Positions 1 through 11,425 of a DNA stretch of 64,000 nt are shown piece by piece. The DNA lies in the NCBI GenBank assembly GCA_964016885.1, contig OZ024742.1, positions 221,092,001 to 221,156,000 of the forward strand, in the 5' to 3' direction. The stretch comes from Eledone cirrhosa (Eukaryota). How positions within the stretch are numbered: the first letter of the stretch is position 1; each line of letters begins with the position of its first letter. The notes under the pieces are model-generated. The model worked only from the letters and a program-made list of their open reading frames with translations. It made no database searches and was not told the DNA's origin. Made by a program: the position numbers and the translations under genes.

Positions 1-110
1 TAACCATACAGCTATGCCTGCTTATGTAGATTCAGTATACTATTTTTGTAATTGATTCTGTTACATTGATTGGTTTTTACCAAGTTTTCTATTGATTTCT
101 CTCTTTATAG

Positions 111-152
111 GCCTGAAGGTGTTGAGAAACAATATAGGCAAAAATGTAAACG
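111..152 (+). CDS. STEEP1: STEEP1 internal exon ([13 protein letters not shown])
   Basis: Acceptor ctctttatag, donor cg|gtaaga, 42 nt. Confidence 0.88.
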
Positions 153-3100
153 GTAAGAATTACTTAGTATTCTTCTTTTCATCTATTTCTTTATATCTTC
201 ATCATAATTATCATTTAGCTCCCATTTTCCCTGCTGGTAAAGATTGAACAGGTCTTCACAGACTGTGTTAGTACTTATGCAGGCCTACTGACCTCCAGAC
301 AGGTTGGGTGGTCTGTATCTCATTTATATCATCATCATCGTTTAACATCCATCTTCCACGCTAGCATAGGTTAGACGGTTTTGTTCCATTTGATGCGAGA
401 ATGGTTGGGAGACTGTGTCTCACTTGTACAGAAGTGTCTCTGGCAGGTTTTCTACAGCTGGATGCCCTCCCTAACACCAACCACATTTACAGTGTGGACT
501 GGGAACCTTTTTACCGTGTCTCGACCACCTTACAGTGTGGACTGTTGTGTCATCGACACAGTGGACGGAAAAGGGAGGATGAGGTAGGGTGTGGAGGGTG
601 GGGTGCACATTGGGTTAAGAGGTGCCTACTGACTAGGTTTGTATGCAATGGCAGTCAGGTCTATAATGATGATATAAAAGTTGGTGTTAGGAAGGGCATC
701 CAACGGTAAAAAAAACCTGTCAGTCCTATACGAGCGAGTCACGGTCACCCGACCAATCTTACCTCAAATGGGACAATTCCCGTTTAACCCATTCTAGTGT
801 GGAAGATAGATGTTAAACGATGATGATGATGATATATATATATATATATGTATAGACATAGAATATTCGAAAATATTCTGTATGTTTATAATAAACATTT
901 TGAAGACCTAATCGCTATAGAATAGAATACGTCACGTATTACAATTAGATTCTCGATAAAAGCAAGGGAAGTAATCTACGCGTTTCATTCTTGTTAGAAT
1001 TCATCAGGACTACATATCCAGTGCTTTTATCGAGAATGACACAGCTAGAGACTTATAGAATACTTAGCTGTGTACTGGAACTGGTTTGAAGAGCTCTTTC
1101 AAACCAGTTCCAGTACACAGCTAAGTATTCTATAAGTCTCTAGCTGTGTCATTCTCGATAAAAGCACTGGATATGTAGTCCTGATGAATTCTAACAAGAA
1201 TGAAACGCGTAGATTACTTCCCTTGCTTTTATCGAGAATCTAATTGTAATACGTGACGTATTCTATTCTATAGCGATTAGGTCTTCAAAATGTTTATTAT
1301 AAACATACAGAATATTTTCGAATATTCTATGTCTATACTCACATATATATCGCTATTTCAGAGCATTTATTCCAATTTATATATATATATATAAATATAC
1401 ACACACACACACTAGACTTCCCCAGTTTCTGTCTACCAAATTCACTCAAGGCAATGGTCAGTCAAAAAGTATTATAGAAGATACTTGTACAGGGAGCTAT
1501 GCATTGGTATTGAATTTGAAATGTGGTTGTGAAGAAAACTTAACAACAAAGCTGTTTGTACATAGACTGGTTCTTTATTTTACTGATCCAAGATGAATGA
1601 AAGCTAAAGTTGACATTGGTGGGATTTCAATCCAGAACATTATGCAACAAATATCAGCAAAGTATTTTGACCTATTTATTTACGGTTTGCATTTTATTAT
1701 GTCATGTCTTCCTACAGTACTGTGCACATAAACATCCCAGACCATGTCCAGAGAAAAGCCACTTGACTAATTAGCATAAAGTCACTTACAGATATACTTT
1801 TAGACCTTTGGCTCACAGACATACTGTCTCCTATATTTGCTTTGTGGAGCTATCTGGTGTCAGCTCTTCAGAGCTGGCTAACTGATCTCTTTCTTTCAGA
1901 GCTAGATGGTCTTATGTCACCTCTACTGAAGTATTGTTTCCTCCTTTCATCATTCTTGCTGTGTCCAACCCTGTCAAGCCCTACACTAAAATGATACCCA
2001 GTCCCGAGAATGTTGGCCCTCTGAAATTCTCTCCCTGCTCATATCTTTCCTACAGGTGTTGACTTGTTTAAATGGAATATTAGCAGCATCAATGTCACCT
2101 GTCTCAGAGGGCCTGTGAAAGTCATGGGCACTAACACTTTCTCCTGATCCATCATAATCACCATTTTATGTCTATTTTCCATGCTTAGATGGGTTGTCAC
2201 AATTATATGTTCCATTCTGTCATGATTTCTACAGCTATGCCAGCCACATCACAGCTTGTACCAAATGCATTTTATTGTGGCACCACTTCTACCTCTTTAC
2301 TGGGTGGACTGGGTGCTTTAATCGGAACACCAGCACTACCACTTTACAGGGTGGACTGGGTACTTTTCGTTGTGGCACCAACTAAAAAAATTAATGAATC
2401 TCTAAATAGGTGTCATGTGCAGTTAAATGTGATATTATAAACAGTGATATTACTACAAAAGCAGCTGACCTACTGTTGTTTATTTCAGTAGCTTGAAGTG
2501 TTCAGCTGAAATCCTGCTATAGGATATGGTAGAACAGAGAATAGTATTAACAGTGCCTTGATAATGTTTCATAGAATTATGAGGATAATTAAGCCTTTTA
2601 GTTACAACCAACCTTATAGGAGGACAGTGAGGCATGCACTAGTTTGAATTGTAAAGCAATATATGAAAGTCAGTATTCATAAATTATGTAGGGTCTCCTG
2701 CATCACCATCATTTAATGTCTACTTTCCCTGCTTGCAAGAGTTAGATGGGTCATCAGTAGACCAAGTTGGTACTAAAAAGTGAATGTACTGACCCCCATG
2801 ATAAGCTGGGAACCTACATCTCGCTTATGTTTTATCACCCTACTGAATGCTTAAATGAGCCGGTGACCAGTGACCCACTTATATACAATCCCACACACTA
2901 CTGAGTGCATGCTTAAAGAAAATCAAACATGAATTAATGAATAGTTTAATAATTGGAGAAAATATATAACCAATTATTGAGCTGTCATCTACAGAAAGAC
3001 TTTTGGTTATAGTACAAAGTGGGAGAAAGAAGCAGAGAGAGAGTGGGAGATGGTAATTGTAGAATGAACAAAGAGAATGCTAAGTATCCCTAAGTTAAAA

Positions 3101-6100
3101 GTGTCTATTATAATAACTATTATATATATTCTTCCTGTTTAACATTACACAGATTATCGTTAATGTATTACATGATATATTGACAGATGTGGACTTTGTT
3201 TGTATTACCATCACCAGGGTAAAAGCAATGTAATGTTCATTGTGGAAGATGCGCTTAGGGAAGCTGGAGAAGGTGTCAAGACAGATGTATATAGTCAGAT
3301 TTCAAAACCAAAGAAGGTGAGAATTCCCTAGAATTTTCTTTTCCATTAGCTCGTAAAAACCAACTAAAGGAGTTGATCTCAGTATAAACATACTGTGTAT
3401 GGCTTTATTCTAAATCACGTTATGTTAGTGCTAAGATATCAGTGATATTATTACAACTAAAAATACAGAATGACTAAATGTATGTTTATTATACATAAAC
3501 ATATTGTATGTAGGTTCATACAAGGTTTTATTCTTAATTTTTATGTGTTCTATTCTCTTTGCAGGTGACATTAACCAAACATACCAAGAACATGGGCAAG
3601 TTTAGCTCAGTTACAGTGTCAACTGTTGATGAAGAAGAAGAAGAGATAGAAGCTGTAAGTTGAGTTTACGTTTTTGCTGATATCCTGTAAGAAACCATCT
3701 GTCAGTACAATCACTATGACAGAGGACTGAGCTGACTGGTGATATGTCATAATACATAAGACCTGTCCACTAGTACTAACACTGTGACAGAGATGACACA
3801 GGACTGAGCTGGCTGGTGATATATCATAATACAAAAGACCTGTCCACCAGTACTAACACTGTGACAGATGACACAGGACTGAGCTGACTGGTGATATGTA
3901 ATAATACAAAAGACCTGTCCACTAGTACTAACACTGTGACAGAGATGACACAGGACTGAGCTGGCTGGTGATATATCATAATACAAAAGACCTGTCCACC
4001 AGTACTAACACTGTGACAGATGACACAGGACTGAGCTGACTGGTGATATGTAATAATACAAAAGACCTGTCCACCAGTACTAACACTGTGACAGATGACA
4101 CAGGACTGAACTGGCTGGTGATATATTATAATACAAAAGACCTGTCCATCAGTACAAATATTGCAACAGTAAAGGTCAATAGGGTGAGAGACCAGAGGTT
4201 ACAGTGTTTGACAATCAAATGGAGACATTTTGACTGACCACTTCTCTAGTGCTGGTGCCACAATAAAATGCACCTAGTACACCCTATAAAGTGTTAGTGT
4301 TGGTGCTGTGATAAAATGCATCCATTCCACTCTGTAAAGCGGTAGTGCTGGTGTTAAGAAAAATGCACCCAGTAGATCCTTGGGCTCCCATTTGCATATA
4401 ATAGTGAGAGATGGAGAGGCAGTGAATGAAAAAGAAAGAACATGATAAGACAATTATGTTCACTGTTCTAACTTCACAACTGACTGAGTCATCATCAGTT
4501 TTTACATTAGCTTTTTAATGCTTGCAATGGTCAGGACTGTCTTTTATCATCATACCTCCACTTGTGCAGTCCTTCATCATCTCTGGGAGGTTCAGTGTTT
4601 GGGGTGATTTTTTTTTTTCTTCATTCTGTCACTACAAGTTAATCAAAATTCTATAAAATAATTTATTTCTTCCAGAAAGAAATTGCTGATTCTTATGCTG
4701 CCAATGCTAAAGTTATTGAGAAACAACTGTTGAGGAAAGGAATGAGTAAAAGGAGATTAATGGAACAGGTAAGAATAAAACTTCAGCTGCCTTTGTTTTC
4801 TTATTATCCCCTCTGGAACCCCTCACCTTATTTTCATACCATCATACCCTTCACCTTATTATAATACCCCCATACCCCTCACCTTATTATCACACCCGAT
4901 ACCCCTTACCTTATCATACCCCCATACCTCTCACCTTATTATCACACCACCATACCCCTCACCTTATAATGCCACCATACCCCTTCCCCCACCCCCACAC
5001 CTTATTCCACTTGTCATTGCTCTCCTATTCACTCTCTGAGTCACGCTGCCTTGATTGAACAGAGGTAGAGTAGTGAGTACCCCTTAGTCTTGCATGTCTC
5101 AAGGCAAACTCAATAGCATTGATGCCACGATAAAATGCACCCAGTTCACTCTGTAAAGTGGTAGTGAGCAGCGTGAGTTAATGTCGGGTTAAGAAGACCC
5201 TTTAGTCCTGCAGAACACAACCTTTCTTGTGCTAGTTGCCACAATACAATGCACCCAGTACATGTAAAGTGGTTAGCATTAGGAATGTCATCCAGCTGTA
5301 GAGAACTATTTGGAATCAACTATGGAATTGTTTTCAAACACCACTCCATGACTGATAAATTATTCTGTCAACCATAACAATTCTATATTCTGTTAGATAT
5401 TGGTACTTAGAAGGCCAATTTGGGGTTTAAATAACCCATTGCTCAGTTGAACACCACCACCTGGCACTTGGGTTGTAGACTTAATCCATCACCTAGTTTA
5501 ACACCACCACCTGGCCCTTGGGTTGTAGACTTAATCCACCACCTGGCCTTTGGGTTGTAGACTTAATCCACCACCTGGCCCTTGGGTTGACTTAATCCAC
5601 CACCTGGTCCTTGGGTTGACTTAATCCACCACCTGGTCCTTGGGTTGACTTAATCCACCACCTGGTCCTTGGGTTGTAGACTTGATCCACCACCTGGCTC
5701 TTAGGTTGTAGACTTGATCCACCACCTAATTTAATACCACTACCTGGCCCTTGGGTGGTAGACTTGATCCACCACCACCTAGCCCTTGGGTGGTAGACTT
5801 GATCCACCACCACCACCTGGCCCTTGGGTTGTAAACTTGATCCACCACCTGACCCTTGCGTGGTAGACTTAATCCACCACCACCTGGTCCTTGGGTGGTA
5901 GACTGAATCCATCTCCTAGTTTACCACTACTACCAGTTAGCCCTTGGGTTTTTCTAGCAAGGTCCTCCCTGGGGTAAGAATTTAGACATCTACCAGTCTC
6001 AGACTCCCTGAAAAGGGTCATGGAATGGTAAATTATGTGTTTGTGAGAGGAAGAGGGAAAGATGGTGAGAGAGAGAGAAGATTGGTCTTTTGTTGACATT

Positions 6101-6173
6101 TTGGTTTTCTTTCATTGAACAGGCGGAAGAAGAAGCTAAGAAGCGCCCCAAAGGAACACTAATTGACAAATAA
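111..6173 (+). CDS. STEEP1: STING ER exit protein / CXorf56 (UPF0428) homolog, 3' part; exons 111-152, 3187-3316, 3565-3654, 4676-4768, 6123-6173; 5' exons lie outside the window
   Basis: All introns are GT-AG with consistent phases. Spliced peptide [21 protein letters not shown]...[81 protein letters not shown] matches the recalled CXorf56 C-terminus ([35 protein letters not shown]). Confidence 0.93.
971..1013 (-). ncRNA. Minimal type I hammerhead ribozyme (mirror copy)
   Basis: Exact reverse complement of 1175-1217. Confidence 0.82.
1175..1217 (+). ncRNA. Minimal type I hammerhead ribozyme
   Basis: Stem I gtagtc/gattac; core CTGATGA; stem II attct-aaca-agaat; GAAA; palindromic stem III ACGCGT; GUA cleavage triplet. 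Confidence 0.85.
3187..3316 (+). CDS. STEEP1: STEEP1 internal exon (CGLCLYY...KPKK)
   Basis: Acceptor tgacag, donor aag|gtgaga, 130 nt, phase-compatible. Confidence 0.88.
3565..3654 (+). CDS. STEEP1: STEEP1 internal exon (VTLTKH...EEIEA)
   Basis: Acceptor tctctttgcag, donor gtaagt, 90 nt. Confidence 0.92.
3695..4160. repeat. Minisatellite, 77/75-bp units
   Basis: acctgtcca starts at 3761, 3838, 3913, 3990, 4065 and 4140. Confidence 0.92.
4676..4768 (+). CDS. STEEP1: STEEP1 internal exon (KEIADSY...LMEQ)
   Basis: Acceptor tttcttccag, donor cag|gtaaga, 93 nt. Confidence 0.92.
4820..5005. repeat. Minisatellite of about 28 bp (cccctcaccttattatcataccccata)
   Basis: About 6 degenerate units. 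Confidence 0.8.
5450..5950. repeat. Minisatellite of about 29-35 bp (ccaccacctggcccttgggttgtagacttaat)
   Basis: More than 12 degenerate tandem units. Confidence 0.9.
6123..6173 (+). CDS. STEEP1: STEEP1 last coding exon ([16 protein letters not shown])
   Basis: Acceptor gaacag after a pyrimidine tract; TAA at 6171-6173. Confidence 0.88.
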   Translation, partial: AEEEAKKRPKGTLIDK

Positions 6174-6354
6174 AAGACATCTACTGAAATATTTGGGAAT
6201 CTGATCTTTTCTGGTGCTTTAATATCTCTGCTGTGCAGAAAGAGACACCAAAATGACTTTCCTGTTGAAATTACATTCCTGTAATAATGGAAATAATTTT
6301 CTTTTTTACCTTTATACAGTTTAAGCAGTATGATGTACAATACACTTCGCTAAC

Positions 6355-6364
6355 AATAAATAAA
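6355..6364 (+). promoter_or_regulatory. Candidate polyadenylation signal of STEEP1 (overlapping AATAAA x2)
   Basis: aataaataaa about 180 nt after the stop codon. Confidence 0.5.
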
Positions 6365-7064
6365 GGCATATATGGACCCATATACAATATGGGTATGTAT
6401 AATAAACATATATTTAGTCTCATTATGAGTATTTTAAGCTGTGATCATGTCACAGCATCCTAATGCCGTGGTAACTGTGAAATGATCACAGCTTAAAATA
6501 CAATGAGATGAAATGTTTGATTATAATCAGAATGCTAATAATTATTAGCATTTTTACATGTTTTTCTCTGCTTGTCCAGATTGGAGAAGTCTTCTCTAAC
6601 CCAGCTTTCCCCCCCAACTTGTCATGTTCCTTTATCATCTCCTCTGTGGGGTTCAGCGTTCTGAGATCAGCTCTTACTATTTCTGCTCAGGTTTTCCTTT
6701 CTCTTCCCCTGGGTTCATATATACCTTTATTCTGAATCACGCTGTGTTAGTATGATCGCTGACTAACAACGCGATTGAAGTGATATACAAGACATGAAAT
6801 CTTAAAAACATAAACATCATATTTATGAACACTTATTTCTGTACATTTGTCTTTCCTTAAAAGGCCAGTGTATGTAACTGAGACAATTGGATTAAATAAT
6901 CTTACACTTTGGTACCAGTAATATATGAAAGGTATTATGGATTGTACTATTCCTTTACAACAAACTGGCTTTTATTTCTTTTGATAAAAATCTCATATTT
7001 TTCTATAATTTTGTTTTATGGTCATTTATTTATTTATTTCAGGTTTATCATTATTTTATTGAAT

Positions 7065-7335
7065 TTAGTCATTAGACTGTTACCATGCTGGAGCACCACA
7101 CTTTTTTACTGTTTCAGCCATTAGATTGTGGCCATGCTGGAGCACCACACTCTTTTATTGGTTTCCGTCATTAGACTGTGGCCATGCTGAGACACCATAC
7201 TTTTACTGGTTTCAATCATTAGACTGCGTCCATGCTGGAGCAGCACACTTTTTTTACTGGTGTCATTAGACTGTAACCATGCTGGAACAACACACTTTTA
7301 CTGATTTCATCAGACTGTGGCCATGCTGGAGTATT
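7065..7335. repeat. Minisatellite of about 48 bp (attagactgtggccatgctggagcaccacactttt)
   Basis: About 6 units. Confidence 0.85.
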
Positions 7336-10034
7336 GCCCTAAAGGGATTAGGTCAATAATGACCCCAGTATTTATTTTATCAATCTTTTGAGAAACTGCT
7401 AAGTTACAGTAAATACAAACATGGCTGCACACATACACACAGTGTATGCAATGGGCTTCCACACAGTTTATGTTATCTATCAAACTTCATTCCCAAGGCA
7501 TTGATCAATTCAAGGATATAGTAAACATGCCTAAGGAGCCACACAGTTGGACAGAACACAAAACCACATCATCATCATTTTACGTCCACTTTTCCCTGCT
7601 TGCAAGGGTGGGACGGGAACTGATTCTGGCTTGATTTCTACAGCTGGATGCCCTTCCTAACACCAACCTCATTTACAGTGAGTGCTGGGTGCTTTTTTGC
7701 CGTGGCACCTCCACGACCACTTTGCAGTGGAATGATAGGAATCCCAGTCCCTATCATCTCATTTCTACAGCTGAGTAAACTGGAGCAATGTGAAATAAAG
7801 TGTCTTGCTCAAGGAAACAACACGTCACCCGGTCTGAGAATTGAACTCACAGCCTTTCGATTGCAAGCCTAATGCTCTAACCACTAAGCCATGTGCCTCC
7901 ACATGGTTTTCAAAATGAACACCTTCACCACACACCTATGTTCAAACTGTGTAATCATCATTTTCACATGTTTCCCCTTTCATGCTCACAAATATATATC
8001 CATTCATCATCATCATCGTTTAAAGTCCACTTTCCATGCTAGCATGGGTTAGACGGGTTGTCCCATTTGAGGCAAGTTGGATCAAGTGACCATGTCTTGC
8101 TCATATGGAACTGTTTCTGGCTAGATTTCAAATGGAGCTGTTTCTGGCTGGATGCCCCTCCTAACACCAACTACATTTAGTGTGTGCTGGCTGTTTTTTG
8201 TTCTGACACCTACACGACCACCTTATAGTATGTACTGAGTACTTTTTGTTATGACACCTACACGACCACTTCACAGTGTGTACTGGGTGCTTTTTGTTGT
8301 GACACCTTCATGACCACTTCACAGTGTTCACTGGCTGCTTTTGCCATGACACCTACAGCAATATCAGATAATCTAGACTACATCCTCCCCAAAACACTAT
8401 CCAACTGATTAGCACAAAATTGCCTGTAGATTTGTTATCTTAATGCTTTTACTGCTGAAATTCCAGAGATCTCTGCTCCTCAGATTCTGCTAGTTTTATG
8501 CCACCTCCTCCTCTCATCACTTGTAGTGCCCCCGCCACCTCTCAGATCCACATTAACAAGATCAAGATACTTGCCCAAGGTCTCACGCACTAGGACAGAA
8601 CCTTAAACCATGCAGCCAAAATGATTTACCTTTGAGTTTTATAATAATTCAAATTAACTTAATATCACCTCAAATATTATTTCACTGACACTTGAAACAA
8701 TATATGAAGATAGACTAAATACAATTAAAACCATAATATTTTTAACTCTTGTTACCAGATTTCCCATGAAAAAATATTGCCCTTATTTTCATATCAAGAA
8801 TTTGAAGGGAATTAGTAATATAATTAACCTTCTCATTATTATGTTGTTGTTCTTCACCCACTTATTCCTGAGAGGGTTGTGGGGGCCAGAGTCCTCAAAC
8901 ACTCATTCCTATGAGTCCTGTCAGAAGCAACAGTCTTCACCTGATCCGGCTAGATCCCCAAGCGAGACCAGCGAAGTTCATGGATGTTATCCAACCATCT
9001 TGCTCGGGGTCTACCCCTGGGTCTCCTGCTAGGTTTTGCCAGTAAAATCTGTCCAGTGATTATTTATGTTGTTGTTTGAAGCATAATTTAACAAAAGTTC
9101 TTACATAAAATTATGATGGAAGGTTTTTAGGTAAAATATAAACACTTTCAAATAAACAGCATTTTATCATGGAACAAGGGGTAGTTTCTGGTGGTTTAGT
9201 ATCAAAAGGGTTAAAATAAACAAAGTTATAATTGATAAGTACTCTCGGGTCTTGAACAATCGTCCCCCACCGCTTATTAATTTTCCAACACCTCCACTTA
9301 TTATATTTAGCTAATCTATCTCTGGTGAAATTTTATTGTAAGTGATTCATATTGATACAGCAGTTGGAGAATCAAATAATTTTATTTTACATTATAAAAA
9401 CATTATATATGGTAAAAAAAAGAACATTTTAAGAAATCCCATATTTACAAATGTACACTACAATTACCAAGCTATTATTCATAAATAATTTAAGTTGAGG
9501 TTTTCACCACTACTTCAGTTTCACACACTGATCTTTCAGGTGAAACATTGCAGAATGTAGACTCTTGTGTAATGGCAAAAAGTCTCTGCTTAAATAATAT
9601 ATTATTCAGTGCTTAATTTTCTGAGGGGCCTGCAGCACAGAAAGGAAATGCCAGGGCAACAGACCTCTGGCTCAGCCTTAATAAATTATATATAAATGTA
9701 AATGAGAAAACAATGTTGTCTCTGATTGAGACAAAACGAGAGTGTATTTGAATACATATAGAAATGAGAAAACTCATCACTAGAACAGCCCTTAAAACAG
9801 CTAAATGCTGTCAAAGACAGTGATGAGCAAAAATGCCTCAGAGGCCAGTGGTCAACAGAGAGACAATCTACATGTATATATAAATGCTTGTTTTATAGAT
9901 TTGTATGATAAATTCACTAAGCATACTCTGAATGAAAGACTGTATAAAGTCTGTATAATATTTGTCATTAGTAGTAACTGTTTACTTTGGAAAAAACAGT
10001 AAAGTAAACAGTCCTTATTAATAACAAATATTAA

Positions 10035-10228
10035 CCCTTTATCATTTACATTACACTATATTTACTATTGTATTTTCCCAGTAAATTATCTCACACAATA
10101 TCGAATCTATGAGATTTTGACATTATCTATTTTGAGAACAATACCTTAACATCAGTATGAACGACCAGTTATGGCTGGTTTGAACAGAAAGAGGCAAGAG
10201 AATTCTGGCCAGTTTAAATGCTAAAGGG
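10035..10228. mobile_element. TTAA-flanked piggyBac-type MITE; opposite-orientation copy at 25604-25801
   Basis: ttaa-ccctttatcattt ... aaatgctaaaggg-ttaa. Confidence 0.7.
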
Positions 10229-11347
10229 TTAAGGAAATCCAGACTACCGTTATACCATAATATAAAAAAACCCACCCTCCTGTACAAGCACTGACATAAA
10301 AAGTAAATGTAGTGAGTGACCAGAGGCTACAGTGTTGGTGATCGGAGACAATATAAGGTTTAAGATGACCCTTCAGACAGGATAAGCATGAAACAACCTC
10401 TCTAGTGCTGGTACTACAAAAAACACAAGCAGTGCACTATGTAAAGTGATGGTGGTGTCATGAAAAACCTATCCAGAACATTCTGTAAGGAGGTTGTCAT
10501 TAGGAAGGGGATTCATCCATAGAAATTATGTCAAAAATGGAACACATGAGAAAGATGGGTTGATCCATCCAAACCATGTCAGCGTGGAAGGTGTATCTAA
10601 AAGGGAAAGAGAAAGAGAGAAATGTAAAATACCGATACACAAGCTGAAACTGCTTGGCATTGCAGTTGGGATTTTACATATCTATGCCCACTTTGCATCT
10701 CCCCATGCATTAAGTATTCCCATGATTAGTGGTCTCCCTGGTCTCAGCACCGCGGTCTCTCTCTCTATACACACACATACATACATTCATATACACACAC
10801 ATACATACATTCATATACACACACATACATGCATGCATATATATACATACATAGATAGATACATACATACTGAAACTTACTAAATACCCCATGTTATATT
10901 TTAATCAAGTTTTTAATAAATTGTTTTTTATGGTTTAAAAAAATAATTACAATATAGTCACACGAAAGTGTTGACTATTTTTGTCAAAAATATGATAGTT
11001 ATTTACATTTAATGTATCCCTTCGTATTTTTCTTCCAACACCCAACATATTTCTCTCACAAGAAAAACAAACAGCACACATTTTAGTTTTGCTGATTGAG
11101 TTTCTTATTGGTCAGCATTTAAAGGTCTCTCTTTCCTCCTAATTGATTGTTTCGCTGGTTGAGTTTTTTTACTTTGGTCGGTTTTTTAATGGTCTTTTTT
11201 TCTCCTTATTGCACAAACCAGAGTTTCATTGAGGTTAGGTATCATAACCTTTAAACATACCCCGAGAAGTTGGTAATAGAATTGTTTCTATATCTTTCGG
11301 TATATTGGTACTCAGTACCTCGTATCTTTGTTAAACCAGAATAGTTT

Positions 11348-11425
11348 TTATGCGAAATCAAGTTTAAGCTTTTCTTCTTTTTTCAAAGCTCTTCCATATT
11401 CTTTCATATCAGTCTCCAGAAAACC
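11348..11425 (-). CDS. cys2: cys2-like last exon (GFLETDMK...LDFA*)
   Basis: Acceptor tttcag in phase 0, giving MK-GFLE as expected at the end of the hydrolase domain; TAA at 11350-11348. Confidence 0.78.
   Translation of the reverse strand, partial: GFLETDMKEYGRALKKEEKLKLDFA

Larger units (their letters stand above)
850..1338. mobile_element. Head-to-head inverted dimer (two 244-bp arms, no spacer) of a hammerhead-containing Penelope-like/retrozyme repeat between (TA)n tracts
   Basis: 850-1093 is the reverse complement of 1094-1338 apart from one extra T near the GAGCTC centre. Confidence 0.8.
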
